A stretch of 56,730 bases of DNA, filler included, from Sphacelaria rigidula (Eukaryota), in the NCBI GenBank assembly GCA_964200075.2. It is 7 parts of 7 records of this genome, joined end to end, with 100 filler letters (N's around TTAATTAATTAA, not from the genome) between each part and the next. Parts side by side here need not be neighbours in the genome. Positions count along the whole stretch, not along the records: positions 8,120 to 16,138 come from CAXNAA020012612.1; positions 16,239 to 24,257 come from CAXNAA020012613.1; positions 24,358 to 32,376 come from CAXNAA020012614.1; 4 more parts are not named here. The stretch is one strand, 5' to 3'. Positions 11,796 to 24,423 of the stretch are shown in pieces. Position numbers and translations under genes: made by a program. The notes under the pieces are model-generated. The model was not told where the DNA came from, did no database searches, and was given only the letters and a program-made list of their open reading frames with translations. The stretch's first letter is position 1. Every line of letters starts with the position of its first letter.

Positions 11796-13877
11796 CTGTT
11801 GGATATCGTGAACGGAACTCCTTGGAACGCCTTGAGGAGCAGCCACCTTTCACCATCGCCACTTTTACCCCCACCCGCTCCACTCTTCGACTTTGACGGA
11901 AACGACAATCCCGTGCAAATGAACTCTGACGAGTCATCGGCTTGTTGTTGATCGTCTTCCACGTAAGGCTGCAAGCTTCGGGGCTGCAGCTGCGATTGCC
12001 GAGCATCGTGCACAAGACACACACAAGCCGCGCATGGCACACAAGCACCCAAACAAAACAAAGCGGAGTAAAAGTGAGAAAAACGACGCCTTCTTAAAAG
12101 CAAGGCCCCCCTTCACCGCGGTGGAAATCGACGGGCACCATTACTCCTCGTGTGGGTAGGATTCCCTCACTCCCTCAAAGGCGGTCGATTCTTGCTTGTA
12201 CTACAACTATATATATATTATACATATATACCGTCTTGACCTCAAATTGCGATCGCCACTACTGTGAACACAAGCAAAAAACAGCGTTTCTTGTTCGGCC
12301 CGGGAGTAATGTAGCTCGCTCGGCACCATAGATCGAACTTGTACGGCACAAAGCACGATTTCAAGTTTTACGGTACACCTTCACGTCTTTTTTTCGAAGT
12401 GTATATACACACTGCGTTGATACATACCTTGAGTTTCGCTTGCGTCAACCGGTGGACCCGAATGAGTTGACATGACAATCCCAGAATGCTTGCCAACCTT
12501 CCAGCGATAACATCTCCAGCTCCGATGTTCACCACTTCCAGTCCCGCGGCTTGAGCTGCCGCAAGCGCGATGTTCACGTTTTCTATGGCCTTAAAAATGC
12601 CGACCGCCTTGGCCTCCATGGGGACATTTACCCTCGAATCAGGTGCTTGGGGTGGGAAAAAACAAAAACGAGAAGGAAGAGAAAATGGAAGGAACGTGAG
12701 AAACAGGAGATGAAAAAAATGACGACAACAAAAATAAATCTCGCGTGCATACACTTCCCTGGTATTTTGCTGTACATTAATTTTGCCCAGTTTCAGACCC
12801 GTACTGTAGTCTCAGGTGCAAGCCCACAACCCACCCCTCCCCAGCTACAGTACTTGGCTGAAAATCGAATGTTAGATCAGTAGTTTCGCAGCACCTCAAC
12901 AGCCGTCGATTTCCTATGAGTACAACTATTGATCACCGACATCCTCATGCTTGTGCACAAGTTAATACAATGAAGGACGCATACTGTTACGATTTGAACG
13001 CACAAAATCCCGGCAAGCCACAGCAGCGTTTTTTATACGCCAGTCTGACTGATTAGGGCGCAGAGGACGTTCGAGTTTTAAATATGAGTGCCATATATGT
13101 ACAGCACTGAAGGTTGCACATATACCCCTTCTGTGCTATACGGTAGGCGAAGTCCGTTATGGCATGCGAGATAATGAGTACCCCCGCCACCCCCACCCCC
13201 ACCCTCCCAGGAATGGGGGTGGAAACCGCCATTTTCGGGCTGACCTAGATTTTCGGGCTGTTCGCCCACGCAGGATGATGCGCGGACGGAAAAAAAAAAA
13301 GGCGTCAGCTCAAACAGCGCTACAGATATCAATAAGATCGTAGCCTAAGGCATCGGACACGGTGAACGGTTCGTGTAAACATAACGGACTTTACTCATGG
13401 CACAGCAAAAGTACAGATATAGCAAGTACACTTTGAACAGGGTTTGAAAGTCGACTCTATAACGCGAGAGAAAAAAAACACGCTGCACAAATTATCCCGT
13501 GTACTATAAATGCAACAAAATACAACACGACGACATGCCAGTCAGGTTTCTCTCCCCACGACACACCTCTGGGCGGTGTGCGGTGTGGTCTCCGCAAATT
13601 TTTAGAAACACTGAGACGGATTATTTGGGTCAAACTGAAGATAGTCGTATCTTCCGTATAACGAGACGGATACAGGCGCACGGGCGGAGAGATGGCATGT
13701 ACGGTAGGCACTTCGATCACCTATTGAGTCTGGGAAGGCCAGACACACAAGTCGACACAGAAGTATGCCATCGTGAAACCTGTCCAAAACGTCCGTGCCC
13801 TTCGGGTCCAGCGGCAGTAAGTGGGTCAGGAACGCGTCCCCTCCCAGATGGGTGTTCAGATAAGACGCAAGCCGCTC
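11796..13877 (-). CDS. Fimbrin/plastin-like calponin-homology (CH) domain protein, partial; exons 13877-13721, 12645-12428 and probably 11989-11796
   Basis: Spliced translation ERLASYLNTHLGGDAFLTHLLPLDPKGTDVLDRFHDGILLCRLVCLAFPDSI-A-PDSRVN...IFKAIENVNIALAAAQAAGLEVVNIGAGDVIAGRLASILGLSCQLIR matches the CH1 pattern of fimbrins (DGxxLCxL, ENxNxxL, VVNIGxxD, ILGLxWQxI). GT-AG sites are phase-compatible (phase 1, then 0). Confidence 0.7.
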
Positions 13878-13987
13878 CTGCATAACATCGAACGCCGCGC
13901 GGAGAAAGCACGCGGGAGGTAGGGGTGAAAGCGTGAGGGGTAGGGGGGTGTGCTGTATGATACAACAATGATTTTACCGTGTGTCAA

Positions 13988-14292
13988 GTCGCCCCAGTGG
14001 TCCAATGGTATCACTGACACCATTGGATGGGTCAGGAAAATGAGGCTTTGATTTCCCGGCAGGTGCCCTTCTTTTTTTTTACAAACAGGTGAGTATCTGA
14101 TTTCCATTGCCGGAAAAATGATAATGAGTGCATGAGTAGCAAGGAAACTTAATTTTACTGGAGTCGACGCGGTGCAGGAGAGCTAACCCAGTCCGTGACA
14201 CCGAATTTTAGGGCGAATACCGGCAGAGATATGTAGGTTGATTGATCCCTTGAGAACACGGACTCGCCCCGAAAAGGAGAGGACTTGAAAGT
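13988..14292 (+). mobile_element. tRNA-derived SINE, diverged copy
   Basis: Head gtcgccccagtggtccaatgg (A-box-like) and the shared 3' body (taccggc...gttgatcccttgagaacacggact...ggagagg). Confidence 0.55.
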
Positions 14293-15269
14293 GAGCCGCT
14301 TCTCCCCCCCCCCAGAGAAAAGAGAAGTACCTTCAGTGTTCTTGTTCTTATTCGTTTGTCTCGTCTTGGTAAAAATGCAACAGACTGGCTCCGCAACTTT
14401 GTATCCTTTTCTCAATTTCAACAATACGTGACTCGTATGTACGAACCACGATCATAGGAAGCTTCTTCGGCAGGCTCCACTGTGCCTCCCATCAACCCCC
14501 CCACCCATGCAACTGGGATTCGGGTTCTGGTTCCTCTCGCTACGCTGGTACTGTACCTTCCCCTATACGTCATCATCCTGTAATGAGGGCAAGGGTGTCG
14601 GGGTACTATAACACTTTTTACGCTTGTTCGCGTTGTCAAGGCCCTTGTTGTCATCATTGCTCGGTTTGCACTATGATGCCTATACCACGCCAAGAATATC
14701 AAGCGCAGTAAAAAAAATTCAGTTTCCTACACCCATTTCTATTTTGCTTCTTCAACTCCTTGGATGGAAGAAAGGTTCCACAGGTCGACGCAAGATCGAC
14801 TGCAAGAAACAGGTGGAAAAATCAAACTACGTTAGTTGAACAATACACGACGAGTCGGGGGTTCGGGACCACGGAATACTCCACGCACGGTACGATATTT
14901 TGTCACCGACAGGAGAGGGGGTGGGGGCGATGCTCGCGCGAAAAAAAAAGGGTTACTCAGCTATCGAGCTGAGGGCTACCGGCGTTCAAGAGCAACTATG
15001 GCATGTACCCAGCAAAAACGGGGGCACTGCAAAAAAAGAGTACGACTGTATCCGTAGGAACACAGCTCGGGGGGAGAGAGGAGGGCTAGTTACCCCACAA
15101 CTTCTCACTACAGACGGCCGTGCAACCTCTAGACCGTGATTCGCCTCGATTTCATTGTCTTGCTCCACTCATGCTCGAATTTGTTCAGCGGGTGTTTCTG
15201 TTTACGGTATTTGATCTTTTGACCCCCGGTTGTATGTGTATGTTGTGCCCACGGCTTGATTCTGAGCTA

Positions 15270-15309
15270 CAGTAATCCAGTAATCCAGTAATCCAGTAAT
15301 CCAGTAATC
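15270..15309. repeat. Tandem 8-mer (CAGTAATC)x5
   Basis: Read directly from the sequence. Confidence 0.9.
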
Positions 15310-15775
15310 ATGTGATGTGAGACACTAGTATAGATGAACCAACAAACCACTCAATACAGTTGAAAGCTGCTGCCTTAGTCGTAAGATGTGCCCTGTATTT
15401 GACAAAAGCACAAAACGGAACGGCAGAGTCAGGGCCGGTAGATCACACACGCAGACGAACAGCGATAAGCAGCGAGCAGAAAATTGCGACCAACAGAAGT
15501 GACACCCACAGAAAGTAGGGGCGAACAAGTACATCTTGCCGATGTAGGGCAGCTGAAAGTATGTAAATAATGATTGTGATAGATTACCCGCAACCGTGCA
15601 GCCGTGCTAAGCACCATGCCGCTCTGCTCAAAAGCAATACTTCCTCTGTCCCCAAGACTGGATGTTCATGTCTGTAAGGGCCCTTGACTATGTCCGATTT
15701 GATTTTTCTTTCTCCTGTTCTTAGATTATTTGGCGTTTTTCATATTTTTTCATCTATTTTTACAGTTGGTGCTTA

Positions 15776-16138
15776 GGGCTTGTCTTAGCACCTTTCTTTT
15801 CGATCCAAAAAATGAGGCGGTGGAATCGATCCGAGCGAAAAATTATCGTCTTGATGCAATTGGGTCCGGATGTATTTTCAAGCTTTCGATCGAAAAAAGA
15901 CAGTGAAATTCGTGAAACGGTACATGGTCTGCACTGTTTGCACTGCTTGCAAGTAGGGTGTCTTGAGTGCGTGTGTGCGTGCTTCGTGCAGGAGAAGATA
16001 AAGGGGAAGCGGGCAAGGTGCAGTGCAGGAGACTATCCGTTCTCTCTGCTTACAACGCGACTTGAAAATAACTTCAGCAACGTGCAGCTTTGTACTGCCT
16101 GCACTGTCCATGAGCGTGCACGCAACTCGGTTGCCCAC
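15776..16138 (+). mobile_element. PIF/Harbinger-type non-autonomous element, 5' part (cut by the contig end)
   Basis: TTA target site followed by GGGCTTGTCTTAGCAC; colinear with the full copy at 18422-19256. Confidence 0.75.
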
Positions 16139-17519
16139 NNNNNNNNNNNNNNNNNNNNNNNNNNNNNNNNNNNNNNNNNNNNTTAATTAATTAANNNNNN
16201 NNNNNNNNNNNNNNNNNNNNNNNNNNNNNNNNNNNNNNGTGAGTGTCCGGTGCGCGGGGGCGGGCTCGGCGCGGCGGGGGGGGGAGGGGGGGGGGGGGGG
16301 GGGCGGGGGGTGGGGGGATCTAGATGGCTTTCCTGAAACCACTTCTTATCCGCCCTTTCGTGGGAGAGAAAATGTCCGACAGGTTCTTTTTTCGAGACAG
16401 GTTCTTTTTTCCAGCGAAATTTTCACGGATTTCGAACCGCGGATTTTTTTTCAAATGGCTCCTGAGGGAGAAAGAGGGTGTATTTTGCAACCCGAACACG
16501 CTGGTTCGATTCCTCGTCATCATCAGCTGTTTTATCTGCCCTTCTTTGCGTCAAACTTGTTTCACTGTTGATCTCAGAGCAAAAAGTAAAAAACGCGACT
16601 CCCCCCGTACACATCCCTGTTTTTTTTCATCCATCTCGTGGAGGAAAGTAGACTGTTCTCGGAGAGGTCGAGTTCGTCGGAAAAAAGGGTTCATCACAAA
16701 CGCCTTTAATCAAGCACGGTGCACGCGACTGTACAGGATAGCCTAGGCATGAAGTGCAGCTGCACACAGCACAGCACGCAGAGTACGGCGCAGCACCAGC
16801 ACAAGGCAGCCAATGCCGCTGTGGAAAGGTACAGACAGAACACACTGCTGCAGCAGACACTAGTACAGTGAATGCATGGATGCACAAGCAGCAGCAGCAT
16901 GTTGTACGGCGCAGGCAAAACCGCAGCAAGGACAGAGCATTTGTACAGTACGCACAAGAACGGGTTAGCGCCGTACTGACAGTACACCACAGCTGTACAC
17001 AACGCACATTAAGTAGTACAGTGGCGTCTTGACTTGATTTTTGGCCAAACGACTTCTGAATTGAGTTTTAAAAAAAGTTTTTCGTTGGAGGGAGGTCTGG
17101 GGTCACACCAAAAAAATTATCGGAAGCATAAGGGGTGACTTGACCGAACAGAGAGAGTACAGTAAAGCTACTGCAGGAACTGCCTAAGCGCTGTCTGCCT
17201 AACGTTGCACAAGGAACGGTTATCTGAAGTTCTACGGGCACATGCCAACAGAAAAGTTCCTCGCTGTACAGCCGCGTTTGAGAGCGCACGTGGCGCGCCC
17301 AAGCACAGGTGCACGTGGATCTAAAGATGGCCCTCCCTCAGTTACATGTAAGGAGCCTCAGCTGATGGTAATCGGTTCAGTAGGGGGATGAGCAACACAA
17401 AGACGCACGGCATTTGAAATGGAAACGGGTTGCACGGCATTGCGTTCGTTTTGATTGTATCACGGCAGCTGAATACGTGGCTTCTCATTCAGATTTTACT
17501 GGAGTAAAACCACAAGCAG

Positions 17520-17817
17520 CACACCATACTCGGTTGATTAAGGGCTACCATGCGGAGAGAACATGGGTTCGATTCCCGATGCGGTGGGTTTTATTCTCCG
17601 AAATATCTGATTCTCACCGTCGAAAGCGCGACTCCGCGAGAGGAAAAAAAAGTACTCGACTTAGTTTGTTTGACGAGAGTTGATGCGATCTGTGAGTGCT
17701 GGCCCAATCCCCGAGGCTAAAATGCAAGGCGTGTACCGGGGAGAGACGGGTTGATCCCTTGAGACCATGGACTCATCCCCAGGAAGGGGAGAGGTTCAAA
17801 GCGCGCAAAAAAAAAAT
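17520..17817 (+). mobile_element. tRNA-derived SINE
   Basis: B-box GGTTCGATTCC (~17567), shared 3' body (cgtgtaccggggagagacgggttgatcccttgagaccatggactcatcccc) and A-tail. Confidence 0.7.
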
Positions 17818-18421
17818 ACTCGTGAATAAATAAAATAAAATGTAGTGTGCGTGTTGTTGTATCACAAGCATTGTAGCGCACGAACCAGGCATTGACGTCG
17901 TTGTAGATCCTCGCATGTGGTACGTGTAGTGCTGTGAACACCCTGGCTTCATGTTTTACGCCGCACCGCTTGATCTCTGCAAAACCGCCGTGACATTGAG
18001 TATGTTCCCGTTCAACGGTCTGATCATTTGTTTTCATCTGGAAGAACGGGTTAGGGCATTCGTCGAATTCCCAGCGACCAGCGAGTAAACAATCGAAAAA
18101 AAAGAGAACGGAGCTCCCAATCAACGGTCAACCACGTCTTCTTTTTCAACTTCTCTGTCGAAGAAACCATCACCGGTATTTGGGTGAAGGAATAACCTCA
18201 GGTTCGGAACATGCTGGCTAGTTCCTTGCGAATTACGCGCGAATTTTTCAGGCCCCAACTTGGAAGGGTGAGCGGTGTGAGGCGATATTGGCGAGTTCCC
18301 GCGGTCTTCGTTAGCCCAGCTTCTAGCCGTTGGTATTATTGTATTCCCCGGGTTGAACGCGTGCGCACACGGCATTCATCACAGTATCAGCGTTGCTGAT
18401 TCCTTCGAGATTCATAACTAA

Positions 18422-19256
18422 GGGCCTGTCTTAGCACTTTTCTTTTCGATCGAAAAAATGGGGCGGTGGAATCGATCTGAGCGAAAATTTCTCGTTTTGA
18501 TGCAGTTGGGTGCAGATGGATTGTCATGCTTTCGATCCAAAAAATACAGTGAAAAGACAGTGAAATTCGTGAAACGGCACATGGTCACTCGTGTTCGGTA
18601 CAGACAGTCTGTACTGTCTGCAGTGCTTCCAAGCAGGGTGTCTTGAGTGCGTGTGTATGTTTCGTGCAGGAAGATATAAAGGAGAAGCAGGCAACGTGCA
18701 GTGCAGACAGCCTAGGACTATCATTTCTCTCTGCTTACAATGCTATGTGAAAATGATTTTAGCAACGTGCAGCTTTGTACTGCCTGCATTGTCCATGAGC
18801 GTGCACGCAACTCGGTTGCCCACCGTACGACGCAGTTCCGTCGCTGATCCCTACCATGAGAGAAGATGCGCAAGTTTTCGCCATCAGGAAATAAACAAAG
18901 CACACCCGACTACTGACTACTGCAGTGTATCTATCCCTGTGCTCAACTCGTGCTCAATGCTGCAGGGTTGCGGTGGTAGCTGAGAATGAGTTGGATGGAG
19001 TTTGCATGGTCCGGTGAACAGGGTTTATTTGGCGTGGTGGTCTGTAAGATAGGAGTCAAGTGCCGCTTCGTCCCTCTCGACCGCATGTTTTCGATCGAGA
19101 ACGATTGTTTTTATCTCGTTGCACTCTTCTCCGCGCGCCGCTGACTATAATTTTGAGTTGAAGCCTTCAAGGCACATAACTGCGGTGGACCTATGAGATC
19201 TGCCAAAAAAATCAACCGCATTTTTTCGATCGAAAAAAAAGTGCCAAGAGAGGCCT
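18422..19256 (+). mobile_element. PIF/Harbinger-type non-autonomous DNA transposon (835 bp)
   Basis: ~45-bp imperfect TIRs (GGGCCTGTCTTAGCACTTTTCTTTTCGATCGAAAAAATG / CATTTTTTCGATCGAAAAAAAAGTGCCAAGAGAGGCCT) and a TAA TSD at 18419-18421 and 19257-19259. Second copy at 15776. Confidence 0.85.
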
Positions 19257-19269
19257 TAAGTACAACAGG

Positions 19270-20470
19270 GGTTTGATTCGGTGCGGTGGTGTGATACGTC
19301 TGCGTGACAACCAGGCTCTAGCTGCACTAAATCGGGACCACAACCTGACAAAAGCCTTGAGGAGTGGGGTATCGAACTCGTACTGGACTCTACGCCGCCC
19401 TATTTCAGGATTTGACACCATTGGAAGCAACGGCAAATTTTCGATCACCACAACGGCGAAGGGCATGCATCAGGCGCGCAGAGCCTTGCTTCCAGAGATG
19501 AAATGCCGTCGATTAGCGAAATGGACGGGGGTGCTATTAGCGAAATGGACGGGGGTGCTATCTTCCGTGATTCATATCCCTTTATGCGATCTCCAAGTCT
19601 TCACTTGCACTGCATGTACGCCACTGGCATCCGAACCACGAACGTTGAAGCCCGATTATATCGCTACGACTACGATGCTGATACAGCAATAATCTTCGGA
19701 GGGCAGCCCGCAGTAGTTGGCAGCCGGCGTTGCTTTGGCGTCAGTTTCTGTCGACATGATCTGGGTTGACACAATACACCCCGACACCTAATGGACCACC
19801 CCAAACCCCACCAGGAATTCGTAGGTACCTCACGCAGGTAAACGATGTAAAATACCACCAAATGTTGACACGCAGGGTAAAAATTTGTGCGTAGGTATTA
19901 TAGTGACCCCGATCCTGGACGCGTGACTATACAGATGGAGCTCCACAAGGCTTCTGTCGTTTCCCCCAGGTAACGGGGTATAGCACCCCCTCTTTTCCAC
20001 CTTCATTTCTCCTGAAACAAGGCCGTTCACGCCTGAGAGAAATAGCGATAGGCCGCATTCGTCGAGAGACATGCAACAAGATGCCTTGGCGGAAGAAATC
20101 TTAACAGCGATCAAATTAATGCAGCACTCGATAAAGCTGGGTTTACGAAACTGGTCACCAGGGGAGGTGATGTCTACTCCGAGATCCAGGGTAGACCATA
20201 GTATCGAGTGCTGCACATGTTGGGTATTGAAATCACAGACACAGATGAACTTGGTATAAGAACGTTGACGCCCACGCTACTGACCTTTGAAGCACCTCAC
20301 GGAGTGTTTCAGGACATACACCCGCCGGGGAAGTTTGAGCCATTTTGTATCCCTCGCTACTGGACTGGAGACGCTATACCGAGGCTCAGCACTTTTTCAA
20401 CATCGACACCGGGACGAAAACTGATTCCATTTGAAAAACGCAAACGGCCGAAATTTGATGTAGTATGACA
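19270..20470 (+). pseudogene. Decayed LINE reverse-transcriptase-like fragment
   Basis: TTAKGMHQ resembles the RT motif TxxGxxQG. Multiple stops and a 24-bp tandem duplication (19514-19560). Confidence 0.35.
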
Positions 20471-20679
20471 ATAATATGATATTTGGAACATGACATGTAC
20501 CTTCTTCAAGCGACGAATTGCGCCGCATCTAGGCTTTGCAGCTTTGTGCAGCTTTGTGTAGCTTTTGCAGGCTTGTGCGACAGCGTACCGACGGTTGCAG
20601 AGGCTTGTGTGCCGTCAACAGAGCATCAATCATTGCTTCACATTTCCATTCTACCTGAGGAAAGCTCTTCTCCCTACAG

Positions 20680-22472
20680 GTATTCCAGGAAGCGTTATTG
20701 TCTAAATTCGTTCGGCATCTGTCCTTAGCTCTCCCCACCTGTTCTCAGTCCTATTACATCAGCACGACACCCCAGTTGCACTGCAGTGGTACTGCTAGCT
20801 GGGTCGCTCTCCATACATACAGTACTGTGGCACGTGAGTTTCCTTGTGCACTGGGAGACGGGAAAACACCTACAGGAGGCTTATGTGCGCATATTGAAGT
20901 CTTCGGGGCGTCTATTTCTGAACGCAGCCTCCGCCAGCTGCTACTGCTCCTGCTGTTCTCAATGTCGCAGTAATGGAACAGCGTCGACGTTCAGAAATTG
21001 AAGATCATCTGCGACGACACATAGGCGCCCTGTACAACAGCAGCATCGACTACACTGCGCTGGTGCAACTCCCGGGAAAACGAGGATACAACGGCCGTGG
21101 CCATGGTAATTATGCCACTGCTGCAACGCCGCCGCCGGAGGGGTCACCGCCAGTTGCTGCAGGAGAGACAAGCAAACAGTCGACGTCATCAACGACGACG
21201 ACGGTTGCCAGTGCCGATGGCGTTGTCGTCGGCGCTGATGACCTTGGACACCAGTGTCACACCCAGACAGCTCGAAGAAGCCCAGCAGTATGCTCGTGTC
21301 GCTACCATGCTTCTGTATCTTCGAGGTGCATGCTGCCCAGCACGATAGGGGAAGATGAGGGTGGCCGTGAAGCCTGTGGGCATCCACCAGCAACACCGGG
21401 CGATTGTAACGACAACGCCGCTACGGAAAGGACAGGAGGGGGGGGGCATATGGAAGGGTCACTCGGTGCTGTTAATATACGCACTGCTCCTGGTGCTCCG
21501 CCACAAGTAGTACTAAGAGAGGTGTACTGTCGCGTGTTGCTGGACTTGTCGAATGGACCATCATCGTCTCCAACAAACAAAACTATTGCCGCTTTTACAG
21601 AGACTGCTACTTCCCATACCATCACCACCGCTGTAATTCCAGATGCCTCGCCCATCACCACAAAAAGCGACAGAATCAGATCAGCTCCGCACGATGTTAT
21701 CGGGGAGCGAGGGAGTTCAGGTACGACTGACGATGATGCCGTTATCAAACCGCTTGCTGCTTCTGGGGCTGCTGATGGAGCTGCTGCTGGGCGTGCGATC
21801 TTTCCGGAACATGATCGCTGTAGCACCTACCCTGACATCGCTCATTTGCGAGAAGCTCTAGAGCGCATGTACGATGGACTGAAGGTCGACGCTACGACTA
21901 GTTGCGGTGACGACTCGCTCTCATCGTGGCGAAGAAAGGAAAATGTTCACTTGGGACAATATCGACATCCAGAACAGTTTGCCCAGGCGGTGGCGGTAGT
22001 CGACGCAGCGCCGTGCGAAAAAATGTTGGATAGCACCAACCATCGCCCTGAGACTGAAGAAGGAGGGGGTGTGAACATAGCATCTCCTACAGCAAGCCTT
22101 GTCGCAGCAGCGACTGATCGTGGGGATGCCTGTGACAACAACAACAATAGCAGCAGCAGCAGCAGCAGCAGCAGCAGAGATGACAGCAACGACAACGATT
22201 CAGCCATAGGTGATCACCACGAAGGAATATCAGGCGAGGCGGCAGGGTACGCCGCGGAACAGGGGTTGCTGGACAATGGCAGGCTACCGTCGCTGCCCCC
22301 GGTTGAAAACGTGGAAGAAAGAGAAAGAGGAGAGGGAGGCGGAGGAAGCCTGGGAAAAACCGACGGCGGCTGGCGGCGGCGGTCATTGTCCCTGACAACC
22401 TGCAGGCGGCTTCATGCGGGGTTGGTTCCGTTGCTTAGTCCGGTCGTGGCTGCTGATAAAGGGGCTGTTCTG
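20680..22472 (+). CDS. Uncharacterised protein, partial; exons 20680-20833 and 20971-~22472 (large low-complexity exon)
   Basis: Acceptor ctccctacag|, donor C|gtgagt (phase 1) joins acceptor gtcgcag|TA in frame. A 500-codon stop-free exon rich in T/S/A/G/D with N and S runs. Probable donor CTG|gtgggt. Confidence 0.6.
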
Positions 22473-23169
22473 GTGGGTAAATATGAAAGCATGCATGATT
22501 TGTTGAATATTTTTGGGTTGATGTTTGTCCTACATTCGATATCCCAAAACAAAACACAGGTGAAGTGCACGTTGAATATTGATATATTGCACGGGACGCA
22601 CGTTGGCGCGAAATAAATTTGGGACGTGTGCAGATCTTATCGCTTTCAACCAAAAATATGGTCGCTAGGAATTGCCCATTTGGGGAATCATGTGCAGCAT
22701 TTTTGCGGTCGCCCGACAGCGCAAGCGGGACGGTTGATACCTACATTCTCTTTCACACTCGAAGCACACTGAGAGTATTCCACGCGTCCAGTTATGACTC
22801 GTAGTAACTCGGATCATACGAGTCACTAAAAAAAGTAAGGACAAATCAGAGTCGAGTCATACAAGCCATTGCGAAATCTGAGGGTGGGTGCGACTTGCGA
22901 CTCATTCGAGTTATTCCCGGAAAACAAGGGGGAGTCTGACTCGAGTCATGCGAGTCATACCCGAGAAACGAGGATGAGTCTAAAGCGAGTCATGCGAGCC
23001 ATTTCCGAGAAAGTAATGCGACTGCCTTGCTGTGCATGGTTTCACCGAGCAGACGCATAGATTAATCACAAACCCTGCCTCGTTATCGGGGTGCCAGTTT
23101 GAGCTGCCGCATCACTGAATTTTAGTGATAAAGTCAGGAAAGTGCTGATATCAAAGAGTTACAACGAAC

Positions 23170-23530
23170 GGTCCGACAGACAATCAGTACAGTACAGTGC
23201 AGTACGATACTCATGTGCAGTATACGGTGGGGCAGAGGGGTACGGAATAGAGGTTCCGTACAGACAATACCGTAGTGCCATATGTGCAGTGTTGTACCGT
23301 ACGGCGTAGTGCCGTGCATCATCATATATGTAGTGCAGTACATATAGTACAGCACAGCGCAGCATAGCTGATTGGACGGTATGTGTTACCAACCGCACGG
23401 TACGGTACAGTGCAGTTAGTGCGATAGCGTGGTGCTAGGTACAGTTCACCGTACGGAAGCGCGCGGTATGTGGAATCAGTAGACAGTTTCAGTACAGTGC
23501 AGCATCGTACGGACTATGCTCCATACGGCA
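23170..23530. repeat. Degenerate (CAGTA/CAGTG)n pentamer microsatellite-like tract; similar tracts at 16740-17020 and 24135-24185
   Basis: Read directly from the sequence. Confidence 0.6.
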
Positions 23531-24357
23531 CAATTAGGGATGCTAATCGTTCACAGAATATATAGGAAACGTTCCCCAAAAGGTGTCCCGGCACTTCTTA
23601 ATGGAAAAATCAAGCTAGCCAGTCAGAAACGAAGGATCCGTGCGGTTGGTTCAAGAGAATCCCAGAAGGCCTTCTGTGTACATCACACACACTGCCCAGG
23701 TGCATTGCTCACGGCCGTACAGTCTGTGCATTATCATTCATTTTTCAAGCCAAAATAATGCCGATGCAACACAAGTGATCCACCCTGAGGATGACCATAG
23801 ACAAAGCCGAACTAAAACGCACAGTACAACAGTAGTTCGTTGCAGCACACAAGCTGCATAGTACCGTGCAATGTTGTATTATATCTCCCCCCTCACGCTG
23901 CGTTTCTTGCCTTTTTCTATGGGTGTCACCAACGATCAGATTATACCAAACCAAATCCTTGGAAAGCGTCAACTATTGCTGCCGCCACATCTAAAATTGA
24001 ACACTTGAACCACCACGATGGGTCTTTTGGGTCTTGTGTTCACGTTTCAAGTCGAAATCGTTTACATTACAACACAGATGACCCACCCTGAAGACTATTG
24101 TACAGATGGACAATGCCGAACTACAACGCACGCACGGTACAATGCAGTGCAATGCAATGCAGTGCAGTGCAGTGCAGTAGTGCAAGGGTCGGACAAATAA
24201 TGATTCGTCTGGGAATTACTTGGTTTTAGTATAATTGATTCGACTCGTACGAATCAANNNNNNNNNNNNNNNNNNNNNNNNNNNNNNNNNNNNNNNNNNN
24301 NTTAATTAATTAANNNNNNNNNNNNNNNNNNNNNNNNNNNNNNNNNNNNNNNNNNNN

Positions 24358-24423
24358 ATTTTAATCCTCCGGGTTCTCATCCTCAATCAAAAGCACCATC
24401 CTCAACATAGATGATTGGCTGTT
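24358..24423. mobile_element. Right end of a fold-back MITE (family B) inserted into a Gypsy chromodomain
   Basis: ttttaatcctccgggttctcatcctcaat...catcctca...gatgattggctgtt matches the ends of the 37080-37145 and 50230-50265 copies. Confidence 0.65.

Noticed and set aside
18121..18375. MPCAHA as a MULE SWIM zinc finger
   Set aside because: The upstream CxC is absent and stops precede it; insufficient support.
15270..24185. Short tandem repeats as CRISPR-like arrays
   Set aside because: They are simple micro- and minisatellites without unique spacers, in a eukaryotic context with no cas genes.
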